This document shows, piece after piece, positions 1 to 13,300 of a stretch of DNA of 64,000 bases. Source of the stretch: Lama guanicoe. Lineage: Eukaryota. The translations under genes were made by a program, and so were the position numbers. A model generated the notes under the pieces. The model did not search any database. It was not told the DNA's origin and saw nothing but the letters and a program-made list of their open reading frames with translations. Numbering within the stretch: position 1 is the first letter of the stretch; the number at the start of each line of letters is the position of its first letter. The stretch is taken from positions 66,234 through 130,233 of the forward strand of contig MU054188.1 of NCBI GenBank assembly GCA_013239625.1, read 5' to 3'.

Positions 1-264
1 GCCCACCTGAGGGACTGATATAACCGGCTCCCATCAGCAGCGGTGGCTCAGCACAGCGGTGACTGTCACAGCTTGCTCTGCACATCAGCAGATTTTACCC
101 AAACAGCACTCGATCCCGACCAGACTGAGCTGCTCACCCTGCGTTGCCCCTTTATCATCACGTAGCACCTTATGTGCATCACTTCATTAGCCCTTCACCG
201 CAGTGGGATGTAGCATCACGTCTGGATTTTAGGATCTCAGACAGGATGCGGAGGCAGAAGAGTA

Positions 265-485
265 TAACACAGAGGTCAGGTTGTGGTCATATAGACCTGG
301 GTTCAAATCCTGCTTCTACCACTTAGGGCTATGACATTGCAACAAGTTACTTAAACTTTCTGAGGCTTAGGCTTCCCTATGGAAAAAAAAGAGAAGAATA
401 ATAGTGCTCTTTTCATAGTTGTAATAAAATTATGCAGCAGAGTATTAATTGACTGGTATACAGTAAGCACTTATCAAATGTTAGC
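265..485 (+). mobile_element. MIR SINE remnant
   Basis: agacctgggttcaaatcctgcttctaccactta...caagttacttaaactttctgag: MIR core. Confidence 0.7.
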
Positions 486-1339
486 AAAACCTCAACCATC
501 TATGGAGCTTTGGACGAATGATTCAAGTCTGAATCTCTTTCTTCTTCTGTAGGATGGATATAATAACACCTCTTCTGCTAGGTTGTGGCCAGAAGAGAAA
601 AATATATCTAAGTGCCTATATAATAAGTACTCAATAAATGGTGAGAGGTTATTTATACTCAATAAACCTGATGAGATGAGAGGACAGGTACCAGGACAAA
701 TAAACAGTAAGGGGTCAGAGATGTTGGACGGACCCTGGCTCAGCCAGGAGCTGCCCACAGAGAGAGGGCGAAAGCTGCTGTCTGCTATGCCTCTGTCCTT
801 GGAGAAGAAAAGAGGGGGTGGGTGAGCAGCCCAGAGATGGTGTCAGCACAGCACTGGCCTCCAGGGCAGACTGAAAACCTGGGGTCCCAGCTGGAGGGAG
901 ACTGGGAACCCCTCTGACCTGGATCCTGAAGAAAGTCCATGGTCTGGGGATCATTTGACCACAGCGGGTTGGGGGTGAGGTTTTGGAGGGGGAGTTACAG
1001 TGTCAGATTCCTTTAGCAAGAGCTACAAGGGCTGGTCTGGGAAAGGTGGGCTTCAAGGGGAGGTTCAACAGCGTCGTTTAAGTGGACACCCATTCCCAGG
1101 TCAAGCCAAGTGCCTGGAAGGACATGTGACCCCCGTCTGTCTCTGCTGGTGAAGTAGGGCAGGGATCCTTCTGCCTATTTTACAGATGAGGATGGGAGAA
1201 CAGAGAAACTAAGTGACTGGCCCCGGGAGCAAACAACAGTCCGGCTTCGGTCCAGCTCCAGCCAGTCTCAGGTGCGGTGATGGGCGCAGGGTGAGGGGCA
1301 GCTTGCACTATGAGGAGCTGGGACTGACGCTACGGCGAC

Positions 1340-2200
1340 CCCTCTGAGGGGCTCTCTGGGGTCTGCCGCCGGGAAAGGCCCACTGGAGTGGGAGTCAGCC
1401 TCCCCTCCCCACCACCAACCCCGCTGCGGACTTCGACTCACCTCTGGGCCTGCCCTGCCGGCGTCGGGGCGCGAGTGCGCAGCGGGCGGGCCTCCTCCCC
1501 TCCCCGGCGGCGGCCGCGCTGGCCCGACGGGCGCTGGGCAGCGGGCGGGGGTCCAGGGCCCGGGGGCCGGGCGCGCCCCGGGCGAGGCTGGGGTCGGGGA
1601 GGGGCTCGCTCGGCGCGGCCGGCGCGGCGGCCTCCCGGGACTGGGAAAGGGGCCGGGGCAAAAATGTTCCTCCTTCCAGCGTCTTCCTGCCAGGCCCGGC
1701 TCCACCACTCCCTCCTAATAAGCCGTTTCCTATTGCCCAGCTAGCCGACGGCCGCCCGCCCGCCCCTCGCGGAGGCTTGGGGCCCGCACCCTCCCCCGCG
1801 CGGCTGCAGACCCCGAGGGCGGCCTCCCCGTCGGCCGCCCCGGCTCAGGCTCGAGGCCGCGCCCCTGCCCCCAGCCTCCGATACCCGCCTCCCAGAGGGG
1901 GCGGGTCTTCGTCTCTGGCCGCGGGGGGCTGGAGGGGTCCAGGCTCAGAGTCGTGGGGTCCAGGGCCGGGACTCGAGGCACCGTCGGGGTCCGGTGAAGG
2001 CGGGGAGGCGGGGAGGTGGAGGCGCTCCTCCCGCTCGGAGCCAATGAGGGGCAGCCTGGAAATCCCGGACTGGGGAGGGGGTGGGGGGTGGGCACCGAGG
2101 GAAGAACGTGTTCGGAGGACAGAATGGAGAGATTACCTGTTCTCCCACCCAAAACTCTGGGTCCGGTCCGAGGCCTGGGATGCTCAGCAGCAAGAGCAGA
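1340..2200. promoter_or_regulatory. ACVRL1: CpG island / ACVRL1 promoter
   Basis: Very GC- and CpG-rich tract with multiple GGGCGG boxes, an ETS-type GGAAA at the exon start and CCAAT at 2041-2045. Confidence 0.85.
1442..1731 (-). other. ACVRL1: ACVRL1 (ALK1) non-coding exon 1 (5' UTR); rest of gene lies left of the window
   Basis: Minus strand from 1731 reads AGGAAACGGCTTATTAGGAGGGAGTGGTGGAGCCGGGCCTGGCAGGAAGACGCTGG, matching the recalled human ACVRL1 5' UTR start. It ends ...GGCCCAGAG|GTGAGT with the donor at 1441. Position downstream of ANKRD33 on the same strand fits conserved gene order. Confidence 0.88.
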
Positions 2201-3984
2201 GCCGGGCTGGCAAGGACTGAAATATTTTGGCTCCGCCCTCTCCCCTCCTCCCTTGGGGACTCCCCACTTGGTCCAAATCCTTCAGCCTCCTCCCTCCCGC
2301 CCCTTCACCCCCTCTTGTCCCTCCCCTCTTCCTCAGCTTCTCTCTGCTCAGCGCTCAGTGCAGGGTAAACAGGCCCAGATGGGGCATCTCTGGGTCAGCG
2401 GTGACAATCTGAGCATAGCTCAATGACAGGGACGTCTCTCTCCACCGTGGGCGTCCAGAATGGAGGGAGAGGCTGGAAACTGCCTCGGATACTGCCTTCT
2501 TCCAAGCCGGCCCCTCACCCCACCGGATGGAGCTTTAGAGATGGGGACCTGGAGCCTCCCTTGGGACACTGCTAGGACAAGCCAGACAAGGCTCGCTGGG
2601 GAGGGGAGCAAAACGGCTTCTCTCCCAGAGAGAAACGAGTTCTTCCTCCTGATGCCCTCATGTGGGATGTTAGCACTGACAGCATCGTCTTGCTTTGCTC
2701 TAACCACTGTGAGCACCCTGAAGGCAGGACTCTGCTTTATCTCTAGCCTTCAGGTTATCCACAAAGACTTTGAAGTCTGGGAATTCAGACTAGTTGTGTA
2801 ACCCTAGACAAGTGACACTTCTCTGTGCCTCAGTCCCCCCTCTACTAAATGGACAAATGAAGCAGTGCCAGCCTCAGGGTTATTGGGAGAATGAAGGGAC
2901 ATGATGCTTATCTCAGTTCATAGCAAAAATGGTAGCTGGCTGAGTCTGGCACAGGAGAGGCGCTCCATGAAAGTGTTTAATTAAATTCGTAAATGGAAAG
3001 GCTGGGAAGCTGATGGCCTCAGAGCCAAGTGGAAAGATGCGGATGTTAAAAGCAGAAACAGACTTCTAAAGTGTCTTGCTCTAGTATGGGGATGCTCTAA
3101 GATGGGCCAGGACATCCCCCTTTGACAGGAATAGAGGCTGGGGGAGACAATGACTAAAGGCTCAATTGTTGACTGACCTCACTTCCTCTGCTGAAACCCT
3201 CCCCAGCCCCCACCAGCAGCTGCTTCACAACTTGTGAGTATTGTGAATTCCAGAACTAAGGCACACCCAAATTTCAGTGTCAGGACAGAACTGTGTCCTG
3301 CAGCCAATAGGAAGTACTACGGGATTACGGTATCTGCTCTTTCAGTTGATAGTGGCCACTTCGGCACTCTATTAGCTGCAGAACTGGGAATGTGGCTGTG
3401 TGTCCATCTTTCATACCCACTCTCCCCGCTGACTTGCTATGGCTTCTGATAAACTCTTCCCAATCCCAGTCCTTGGATCTCTGTCCTGGAAGATGGACAT
3501 GGGGGCTTTCCCAAGGGAAGCATTCATTGCGAAATGCACACTGAGAACAGAAACATTGAAATGGACAAGAGCTGAGAGTTGCTGGGGAAAGTCAGTAAGG
3601 ATGGGGGACTTTATCTGGGAATGATTCATGTAGCAGATACTAGGAGAGCAGGGTTTGAAGGAGGAAGGCAGAGCCCCCCGATGGCGGGTGGGCTCTTTCT
3701 CAGGGCTGGAGTTTCCCCACCTCTCCGGTGCACGGAGCCCTGTGAACCCTGACTGGTGCTCTTTGGGGCTTCTTGTGGACCCTGTACGTTCTATAACGCA
3801 CAGAGAACCTGTGGAAAGCATCAGAGGAGGGACACACAGTGGCAGAAAGCACTGGAGACTCAGCCCAATGAGGAAAGGGAAAAGGAATTACAGACTGTGT
3901 CCAAGTCTACAAGAATTAATTACTCAAAAGGACCAGCTGTTCCCCACATTCAGTTAGGACAGAACAAGAGGCCTAAAGGACTAA

Positions 3985-4215
3985 GATTTATTTATTTTAT
4001 TTTTATTTTTTATTGACGTGTAGCCAGCTTACAATGTTGTGTCCATTTCTGGTGTACAGCATAATATTTCAGTCATGCATATACATACATACATTCATTC
4101 TCATTATAGGTTACTACAAGATATTGAATATAGTTCCCTGTGCTATACAATATGAACTTGTTGTTTATTTTATAAATAGTAGTTAAGATCTGCTAATCTC
4201 AATCTCCCAATTTAT
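3985..4215 (-). mobile_element. L1 3'-end fragment
   Basis: T-rich tail then tacaatgttgtg...atagttccctgtgctataca, a typical laurasiatherian L1 3' UTR in antisense. Confidence 0.7.
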
Positions 4216-6084
4216 TAAAGGGCTAAGATACAGATTTAAACATTCAGAAGGATTTCCCAGTGGTGTGTGAAGCAGAGGCCTGGAGATCCTAGGCAGGGTA
4301 TGTGGGATGAAACCTCTAGGTAATTCTCACCCGTGGAAGGCAGGTGACACAGGTCTGGCATGAAGGCAGGGGACTGGACAACTTGGCTTTTCAGGACCAG
4401 CTTTGAGTATTCAGAGCTCTTGTCTCTAAGACCCTCTCTTCCGCAGGCCTCTGCCCCATTTCCCAGGGCAGATCACTGGCACAGAGGTAGGAACTGGGGG
4501 ATGGGGGTTATTCAAGGCTGGTCTGGAGGAAATAAGCACAAAGCCAGATTTAGGCTTGGACTACCCGCCCCTCTCCTTCCCCTGAGAGGGATCATGGCTT
4601 TTCACAGTTCAGGAAAATGCTTAGGTCTGTAAGGAGGATTTGAGGGTCAGGCTTGGCCCTCCCTCCACTCCCTCACTCCTGCTCCAAATGGTTAGACAGA
4701 GTGCCGCCTCGACCACAGTCACACAGGCAATGATGGAGCCAGCTGGCCAGGGGACTGCAAAGTGTTGGGGGCAGAGGGGATAGGAGGAGGGGATGGAGGA
4801 GGGGAGTGGGGACACTCTATCTTTATTTTTCCCTTCGTGAGTCTGTGTGATTGTGTACCTGTGTTATGAAGTGTTTTTACATGTGCTTGTGTGTATGGCT
4901 TCTCTGTATGCAACTAGGAGTTTGGGGGCCAATGGGCCTGTGTGCACACATCTGTGCCGCCTGCAGGCCCCTGTGGACCCCTGGCTGACTGTGTGTCTGC
5001 AGGCGACATTGCCTGTGTGACTATGACTGATGTTGCACAGTCCATCCAACCCCAAGCCTTGCCTTCAAGTCCTCCCTTTGTATGTGGCATCTTCCTTAAC
5101 CACAGGAAGCCATGGTCCCTCAGAGGAGGCAGAGACAGGTCTGTGGGAATCTCTGTGGGAGCCCTGGTCAGATGGGTTTCTCAGTGTAGCCTGCTGAAAT
5201 CTGACAGGAGAAAGGCCTTAGAGGTCAGGGCGAGGGATGGACTGAGGGACGGAGGGGAAAGAGGGGAGGGGCACGGCTGGCCTGGTGCTTGTTGTGGTGG
5301 AAGATATACAGATATTCAATCATTTGGAAAGTATGACTGCTGGAGTAGAGGGAATCCTGTTCAGGTGCCCCAGTTTGGGAAAAAATGAGACACAAACCAA
5401 TGACCCCCCCTACTTGTCTTTCTGTCCTCTCCTCATACAGGTACTCCTTTGCCTTCTCTTAACCCACTGAGGGTCTCATAGGCCATGATTTGGAATAACC
5501 AGGGAAACTGCCACTCCTGGAACCAGGGAAGCCCCTGAAAACAGGAGGGAGATGATAAAGGTCTGAGCATCCCAGACCTTGGTGGAGCCTGAACTCAGTT
5601 CTTTTCTATACACACGTATTGAGCCTGTGCGGGTTGGGCACAGAGCCAGGGGCTAGGGAGACAGGCATGGTTTCTGCCCTTGCAGGAGTGAGGGGGGCAC
5701 TCATCTGGAGTCCCCACAGCCTGGCTGACAACCGAGCGTGCATCAGGACAGCCAGCCCTGCAGCCGCCTCTGGAGGATCCCCTGTATGCCAGGGTCGGGG
5801 TCGGGGGGATACACACACACACATACACAGGGAGCAGGGTGGCTGGCCGTCAGTGCTCTGGCAATGAGGGGGTAGGCTGGGGAGGTACCTGGATTGGGGT
5901 GAAGTGCAGAAGCGGCTCTGAGAAGGATGTCTTGGGTAAGTGTGTGTTTTCACTTCAGGGGCCCCCAGAACAGTATCCTAGAATCACAGGGGAGGGCACG
6001 GGGTTCCAAGGACATGTCCGCTGGCCTCGTCCACGAAACGGCCCCCTCGGCCGTCCTTACCCGTCGCCGCCCAGGGCAGTAACA

Positions 6085-6300
6085 AAAGCTGCTGTTTGCT
6101 GGGCGCTGACCATGTGCCAGGCCGCGCTCAGTGCCTTGCACGCCTCTCACTGTTCTGGCCGCACAACAGCCCTGGGAAGTAGCGATTATACGTTATCACC
6201 CTTTGACGTTACAAATGAGGAGACCGAGGCCGGGAGAGGACCTAGCCACAAGAATGGTAAGAGGCAGGGCCGGGATTCAAACCCAGGTCTGTCAGCCACA
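6085..6300 (-). mobile_element. MIR SINE remnant
   Basis: ttacaaatgaggagaccgaggc...gggattcaaacccaggtctg. Confidence 0.65.
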
Positions 6301-6879
6301 GCAGGACAGCTTCGATGTGGCCTGTGTTCTTCACATCCTGAGGCATTGTCCGGGCTTCCTTGGCCTCTGCTGACAGGGATTCAGTCTGGAAGCCTCAGGA
6401 GCTGGGCTGGAGAAGCTGGGATGCGAGAGGAGAGGCGGACTCAGGGCGGTACAGGCCCAGCAGCCCACGTGGGCCTCTTTCCTCTCTGGCGGCCTGAGAG
6501 GCTGTCAGGAGCTGTTAGAGGGTGAGAGAGAAATGGGTTGGCCTAGGACTCTAACCACCCTGGAGACGGCCAGGGATGGAGGGGTGGCTTGTCTCCAAGG
6601 TGGAGAGGCTCCCTGTGCTGGGAAATGTCATCTGACCGGCGGCCCAGGCACTAACACCGGCCCTAAGGAGCCTCCCCGCCCAGATCCACAGAATGCCAGC
6701 GAGCGGGGAGGAAGAGGGCCACAGAGGGGTTGTTCTCCGGCCCTGAGGAGGCCCCGGTCACGCCTCCGCCCCCCCGCCTTGTAAAACTCAAGCTGGTTGG
6801 AAGTGAGAAGGAGAAGCTCAGAGAACCCGGGAGCCCGGGCTGTGGGCAGGGCCACGTGCAGCAGCGGAAGGACCCAGGC

Positions 6880-7200
6880 GTCAGAGTCCCACAGGCCTGA
6901 ACTCCAAGCACCACTCAGCCACTTACCAGCTGGTGACCTTGGGCAAGTCACTTAACCTTCATAGCCCCAGTTCTTCTCAACTGTAAGACAGAAAGGTTGT
7001 GAGGGTTAAATAGGATAATGACAATATTAAGGTCAGGTGTGGTGCTGAATGCTGTATTATCTCGTCTGATCTGATTCTCACAATAGCCCTAGGTGACATG
7101 TTTTTATTATATCCGCTCCACGTATGAGAGCCTTGAGGAGACTTGAGGCTCAGAAAGGTCCAAAAACTTGTCCAAGGTCACAAGCCAACTCCCAGGCTGA
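6880..7200. mobile_element. two MIR remnants (opposite orientations)
   Basis: gtgaccttgggcaagtcacttaacc on + strand; gagacttgaggctcagaaagg...cttgtccaaggtcaca as the minus copy. Confidence 0.6.
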
Positions 7201-7625
7201 AGCGTCTAACCCCCATGCTGTTCCAAGCCTGTAGATAGTTTCTTTCCCTGCCTGTGATGCCCAGCGCCAGGGCTGGCTTCATACACTTTGAATGTCAGCA
7301 GTGGGTGGGGAGGAAAGAACTCTAGCTCCATCCTGAGGGCCCGGAAGCCTCAAACTCAGTTCCATAGTACTTCAACTCCTGGCAGCACTTTATGGTTCCC
7401 AGAGCCTTTTTACTCATATTAGCCAATGGATCTTTCCAATAACCCTGTTTGCCCCCCTTTGACAGATGAGAAGACAGAGGCAAGAGAAAGTGAAGTGCCT
7501 TATTCAGGATCACATAGGCAGGAAATGGCAAAGTTAGCCTTGAACCCATTCTGGTCCGCCACATTTGCCTTCAGAACCCTCTGGGAGAAATCACACTGTC
7601 TGATCTTAACAGACGTTATCACCTC

Positions 7626-7630
7626 AGAGA

Positions 7631-7726
<96 letters not shown>
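7626..7726. repeat. compound (AG)n(TG)n microsatellite
   Basis: Directly visible dinucleotide runs. Confidence 0.97.
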
Positions 7727-7727
<1 letters not shown>

Positions 7728-7754
7728 CATTCCCCTACTCAAAGAACAGATTTT

Positions 7755-8342
7755 TTTAAATTAATTAATTAATTTTTAATAGAAGTATAGCTCATTATAA
7801 TATTGTATTTCAGTTTCAGTTGTACATCATAGTAAATCACAGTTTTAAAGGTTGTATTCCATTTAAAGTTATTATAGAGTATTGGCTATATTCCCTGTGT
7901 TGTACAATATATTCTTGTAGCTTATTTATTTTGTACATAGCAGCTTATTTCATACATAGTAGTTAATCCCCTGTCCCTATCTTGTCCCTCCCCTCTTCCC
8001 TCTCCCCACTGGTAACCACTAGTTTGTTCTCTTTTATCTGTGTGTCTGTTTCTTTTTGTTATATTCACTAGTTTGTTTTATTTTTTAAGATTGCACAAAT
8101 AAGTGACGTCAGACAGTATCTACCTTTCTCTGACTTATTTCACTTAGCACAAAACGCTCAAAGTTCATGTATATTGCTGCATATGGCAAATTTTCATTCT
8201 TTTTATGGCTGAGTAGTATTCCTTTGTGTGTGTGTATATGTATATATATGTATATATATATATATACACACACATATATGTGTATACATTATGTATATAT
8301 GCATCACATCTTCTTTATCCATTCGTCTTTTGATGGACACAG
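7755..8342 (-). mobile_element. L1 3'-end fragment with internal (TA/CA)n tract
   Basis: ttggctatattccctgtgttgtaca...ttctttttatggctgagtagtattcc...ttctttatccattc. Confidence 0.8.
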
Positions 8343-8404
8343 CAGATTTGTTTTTAAGTTTTTCAAAATTTGGTAATACATGACTAAAAAGTTGAAACAT
8401 TCTG

Positions 8405-9065
8405 TGTGGATGAATTCCAAATAATTGACGTAGATATTTCACCCCCTGAGGAGATGGAATGTAATTCCCCACTCCTTAAATGCGGGCTTCACAGAATGAC
8501 TGCCTTCTGAAGAGTATAACACAGAAAGGGGGAAAAGGGTAACACGGCAGTGGAGAAACCTGACAAACACTACCTCAGCCAGGTGATCAAGTCATGTTCA
8601 TAGTATGTACCCTGGATATCATGGGAAGAGAATGGCACATCGCCTCTGTGGTCTTCCTCCCAAAAACCCATAACCCCAGTCTAATCATGAGTAAACATCA
8701 GAGAAATCCCAACTGAGGGACAGTCTACAAAATATCTGACCAACACTCCCCAAAACTGTCAAGGTCATTAGAAACAAGCAAAATCTGAGAAACTGTCACA
8801 GTCAAGAGAAATCTATGGGAACATGATGACTAAATGTAATGTGGTATCCTGGAAGGAATTCTAGACAGAAAAAGGACATTAGGGAAAAGCTAAGGAAACC
8901 TGAATCAAGAATGGATTTTATTAATAGTAACATATTAATATTGGTTCATTAATTGTAACAAGTGCACTACACTCATGTTAACGAAAGAGGACACTGGCTG
9001 GGGGGTATACGGGAACTCTCTGTGCGTCTTCACGACTTTTCTGTAAATCTAAAACTGTTAATTTT
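8405..9065 (+). mobile_element. old L1MC-type 3' end
   Basis: gtggagaaacctgacaaacactacctcagccaggtgatcaag...ctgtggtcttcctcccaaaaacccataaccccagtctaatcatgag...ctgtaaatctaaaactg. Confidence 0.75.
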
Positions 9066-10228
9066 TTTAAAAGGTCTAAAATTTCAAAAAGATACTCAGT
9101 GAAAAATTCTCCCTTCCACCCTTGATCAGCTGCTCAGTCTTCTTCCCCCCCTCCCCCAAACGCTGTATTTCTTTCCAGGAAGGTTCCAGTGAGGCAGCAT
9201 GGTTTGTTGTTAAAGAGTCTGGCCTCCACAACTGAATGGCCAGCTGTCAGTCATGATTTCTGCCAGTTTCTAGCTGTGTGATCTTGGACAATTCCTTACC
9301 CTCTCTGTGCCCTATGTCCTCAAAGATAAAATCCTCATAGGATTACTGGGAGTGTTAAATGTATTAATGTATATAGTAAGCACATTGGAAGTGGTTGCTT
9401 TTATTATTACAAATAAACAAGCCACAAATATGTTCAGAAAAATATCCAAAACTTGTAAGTAAGGCACAGAAAAAAATTACTAAATGCCCTTTCCAAAGTA
9501 TTTTAGATCACTGGCTAATAACCCCACCTATGGGTCATCTAGGGGAAGTAACTTTGTTTGATTTACTATTTACTATTGATTAATGCCTTGACTCTATAAA
9601 GTTAAGAGGTTAATCTGTAGAAGATTGATAGCAAATTGCTTTTGTCTGATAGGAAAAAAAATTATGATTTTATTGCCAGGTAGGAATTAATCTTTGTGTA
9701 TCTAACTTTGCAGTCTTATTCGAGCATTCTTTTTTCCCCTGAATGTCAATAATAGTCCTTCATTTCTTCCTCTGATCCATCCTACTGGGTTACTCATTAA
9801 GCAGCTAAATGAATCTTGATACTCACTACATATTTCTATCAGTCAAGTTCATCTTGGTGCAAATTTTACTTTGACAAATAGTAGCATGCCATATACACTG
9901 TTCTACACCTTTGTTTTTTTTCACTTAATATATTTTGAACTTGGTTTCATATCAGAACATAAAAAGCTTCCTTACTCTCATTTTGCCACTGTATAGAATA
10001 CATCACATGGGTGTGCAATATTTACACTCAAAATCAATTTGGCCAATCCCCTATTGATGGACACTTAGGTTGTTTCCACTCTTATTGCTGCAGATGATGC
10101 TGTATGAATAACCTTGTACACAGGTTGAGAATAGAGTCACTTAGAAAGAGGTGGATGGGAAGGTAGAAGGGGCTCTAGAGGACAAAGGAGCCTAAGGGAG
10201 GGGCCTGATTACCTGCTCCCAGCCCACC

Positions 10229-10950
10229 CTAGCTCATCTTCCCCTGGCTCTGTGCCAATCCAGCCTCCTCCTGCCTCCTCCTCTCCATCCTGAGCCCCTG
10301 GTATCTCCAGAGAGGAAGGGCCAGCCTTCGATTCCCTGAAGACCTGGGCTCTGGCTTCCACTGCATGAAAGATGAGAGGGCCTTGGAGAGGAGGATCTTG
10401 GGGGGTTGGGGCCCGGGGCTGGTACTATCCCTGGGCTGGAGCCACTGAGGGCACATGCTCAACACACCCTGAGGGCCCTGGTAGGGGACAAAGACCCGAG
10501 GCCCAGGGATTTCCTGCGGGGGTTGGGGTCCTGGGGGAGGGGGTGGGGCAGTGCCTAGCAGCTCTGGCACAGACTTGCTTCGGGTGCCCAGTGCAGGTGG
10601 CTGGTCAGGGCACAGGGTGTGGCAGGCAGTAGTGAGGAAGGGACTGGTCAGGCTGGTTGTGATGGTCACAAGGTGGTCCAGGACACCCGCCTCCTGAAGA
10701 GACTGGACAAAGGGGAGGCTCAAGGTGGCCTGCAGTCGCTCAAGGAGAGATGGGGGGCCCTGAGCTTGGGCCTGGGCTACGAGCCCAGGCAAGGCTGGCC
10801 ACTCAGGCTGATAACGCTGGCTGAGCTGCTCCACTTGGGGCCGCCACAGCAGCTGCCGGATCCTTTGCACTGTGTCAAAGCTGTCGGTCAGAAATGCCCA
10901 CCCCAGGGCAGTCTTGCCCTGGACAGGATCCACTGCAGTCAGGTCAGCAT
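10229..10950 (-). CDS. ANKRD33: ANKRD33 last coding exon ([16 protein letters not shown]...SQGKMS*)
   Basis: ccatccag|ATGCTGAC acceptor; open frame to TAG at 10229. Confidence 0.93.
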
Positions 10951-12801
10951 CTGGATGGGGGGGCCACAGGGGTGACATGGAATGGGACAGGGAATGGTGA
11001 CTTGCAGAAGGGCAGATTCTTTAGCAGCAGGACTACTTTAGGTTAGATTCAAAACCACAGAGTCCCATCCTGTTGCAGCTGGAATCTAGGAGCCCTCAGT
11101 GACTGCAGCCCAGGGACAGTACCAGTCCCAGACCCCAACCTCTGGTTTATGATTGATGAGGAAATTGGAGTCCAGAGAGGGAAAAAGACTTCAGAGAGGC
11201 CGACTGCAGGTCTCCAAATCTGGAGCAGAATAGAGGCCTCCTGAACCAAGGAACTGACCAGAGGGGCTGTGTGTGAGTTACCCAGGATGGGGTGGGGGGT
11301 GGCCCGAGCTGCAAACCCAGTCTGATGGGAAATGGAAAAGCTGGAGGCTGGGGTCCTCTAGAGTGACCATCACAGGGCAGCACCCCCTCAGGGAGTAATG
11401 AGGGACCTAGATGCTACAGGCAGTGTGGACTTCACCCCAGAACAACTCCGTATGGCCACACGTCTCAACTACACATCACTGCATCCCTGGCACCCTTGTC
11501 AAGGGTTGGAAAGCAGCCCAGAGAAGGCATCACCCTCACTACACTGGTGAGGCCCAGAGAAGGAAACCGTTTGCCCAGGGTCACTGAGCTGGTGGCAGAG
11601 CCAGGACAAGAACCTGAGAGTTTGGTTCCACATACAAGCCTTTTTTGCATTAGTTTCTCAGCTGGTCTAGGTTATCCATCCTCCCACGCTTTCTTTTCTG
11701 GGACCGTCATTCACAATGTAATTAGAGCTATCAACTTTGTTGCTTGTGAGAAGCCCCAGCACACTTCCCTCCTCCAGATCAGCCTAGATTAATGCTCCGT
11801 CTCCACCTCTCTCCTCACTGCAACTACCATAGCTGACTTAGTGTCTGGTGGAGGGGCATGGTGGAGGAACTGCAGGCCACGCATCCTAGTCCAGGCCCCA
11901 AGCACCTGCCATGAGGAGGGCAGCCACGCATTCCGAGCGGTCCCGCATGGCAGCCTTCATCAGCGCCGTTAGTCCCCGCTGGTCCCGGAGCTCCAGGTCC
12001 AGGCCCGCGCAGTAGTTGATCAGGAGACTCACCAGAGGCACATGGCCTGCAAGGCACGAAAGGCAGGGCTTGGTTACTCAGGAAAGGAATGATGAAGCCC
12101 CAAACCCACCCTCCACCCAACATGGCTGTGTCTGGGGAAGGAGAACGTGGGTGCAAAGAGTGTGGGGCTGTGGTTGGGTCTGGAGGAGGGTAAAGGCAGA
12201 GGGTGGGGCCAGCAGCCTCACACCTGCTTGGGCAGCCAGCATGAGGGCTGTGTCCCCTTCTTCATCCTGCTGGTTCACATCCAGGAAAGGACAGCGGCTG
12301 AGTAGGGCCACCACACTCTGGAAGCCTTGGTAGCACACAACCATGAGGCCTGTCTGGGGGAGGGGCAGCTCAGCCCCTGTGTTTTCCTCCAGGAGCTCCA
12401 TGGGGGCCATGTGCCCTCTAAACCCACATCTGTCCCAGAGATGCCCCAGCCCCTGTGAAACCCCAGTCCCACCCTCTCCCTTCCTTTTGAGGACGCAGGT
12501 AGTGGGTGTCAACCTGAAACTCTCAGGAGGAGTGTGGTGTGGTGAGGACACAGAGGTGGCCCTGCTGCCCCAAGAAGCGCCCAGGGTAGCTCACCCCCCC
12601 ATTGCCGTCCACCTGGGAGGCCTCCTCTGGGGAGACTCCATCGTCCAGCATGGCTTGGAGCTGGGCAGGGTCATTGCGGACACAGGCCCAGTACAGGGCC
12701 CCCAGCGTGCAGCCTGGGGCAGGGGTCTCATTGTCAGGGCAGGACAAAGCCTCAGATGTGTCCAGGCCTCCCTTCTGCAATGGCAGCTCCTCCTCTCCCA
12801 T
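10229..12801 (-). CDS. ANKRD33: ANKRD33 (Panky, photoreceptor ankyrin repeat protein), spliced CDS join(12801-12595,12353-12224,12046-11906,10950-10229), 399 aa
   Basis: Four exons with GT/AG boundaries and compatible phases total 1200 nt with no internal stop. They encode ankyrin repeats ([51 protein letters not shown]) and the ANKRD33 C-terminus ([17 protein letters not shown]). The true start is uncertain. Confidence 0.92.
11906..12046 (-). CDS. ANKRD33: ANKRD33 coding exon ([12 protein letters not shown]...VAALLMA)
   Basis: ccttgcag|GCCATG ... ATGGCAG|gtgctt; 141 nt; this frame is not shown in the ORF track. Confidence 0.9.
12224..12353 (-). CDS. ANKRD33: ANKRD33 coding exon ([10 protein letters not shown]...LMLAAQA)
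   Basis: cccccag|ACAGGC ... CAAGCAG|gtgtga; 130 nt. Confidence 0.92.
12595..12801 (-). CDS. ANKRD33: ANKRD33 first coding exon portion ([10 protein letters not shown]...VDGNGG); acceptor near 12823
   Basis: Acceptor ctgtgttacag at 12824, ATG at 12801, donor GTGAGC at 12594. Confidence 0.85.
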
Positions 12802-13084
12802 CCTGGGGACGAGAAGTTGGCCTCTGTAACACAGAATGAGGGCACCACTGTCTCTCTGGATCCCAAGACAAGTCCCAGCCTCTGCAAATCGCCCACCTTG
12901 CCCTAGGGAGAGCCTCCTTCCGCCAGGGTGTCCTGTCCCATCCACCTGGGAGAGAGGACAAGGCCCAGGCAAGGAGGCTGAGTGACAAGAGCCCTAAGAA
13001 GACAGAATTCATTCACTGTAAGTGAGGAACCTAGTGAGGTCCAAGGAGGCAGGGGAGGGTCTTCTCTTTCCCAGGGGACCTTAC

Positions 13085-13300
13085 CCAGGGTTGGGAGGAT
13101 CCCTAGGAAGTGGTCATTGCTGGGGCCCAGCCTGGAGCCCACAGGATCCCCCAGACTCCTGGCAGCACACTCCCCAGGTCTCTGGAGCGTCTCGAGGGGG
13201 ACTATCCCGCCCCAGGAAGCAACGCAGGTAACAGATGGCTGCCTCAAACACCTCGGGGCTGAGCTGGATCAAGCCGGGTCAGTTGGGGATGGGGGCCGGG
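13085..13300 (-). other. ANKRD33: probable ANKRD33 upstream exon 1 (5' boundary unknown)
   Basis: Translates QPSVTCVASWGGIV, as recalled for the human long-isoform N-terminus. Donor CTGG|GTAAGG at 13084; GC boxes at about 13340-13380. Confidence 0.55.

Noticed and set aside
1268..2426. Many overlapping Pro/Gly/Arg-rich ORFs
   Set aside because: Expected from a stop-poor CpG island; the region is the ACVRL1 promoter and non-coding exon 1.
5839..6525. 228-aa + strand ORF
   Set aside because: Non-ATG start, runs through an antisense MIR, no recognisable domain.
12034..12419. Inverted repeat GGCCATGTGCC / GGCACATGGCC flanking an ANKRD33 exon
   Set aside because: Only 11-14 bp in GC-rich DNA; compatible with chance without conservation data.
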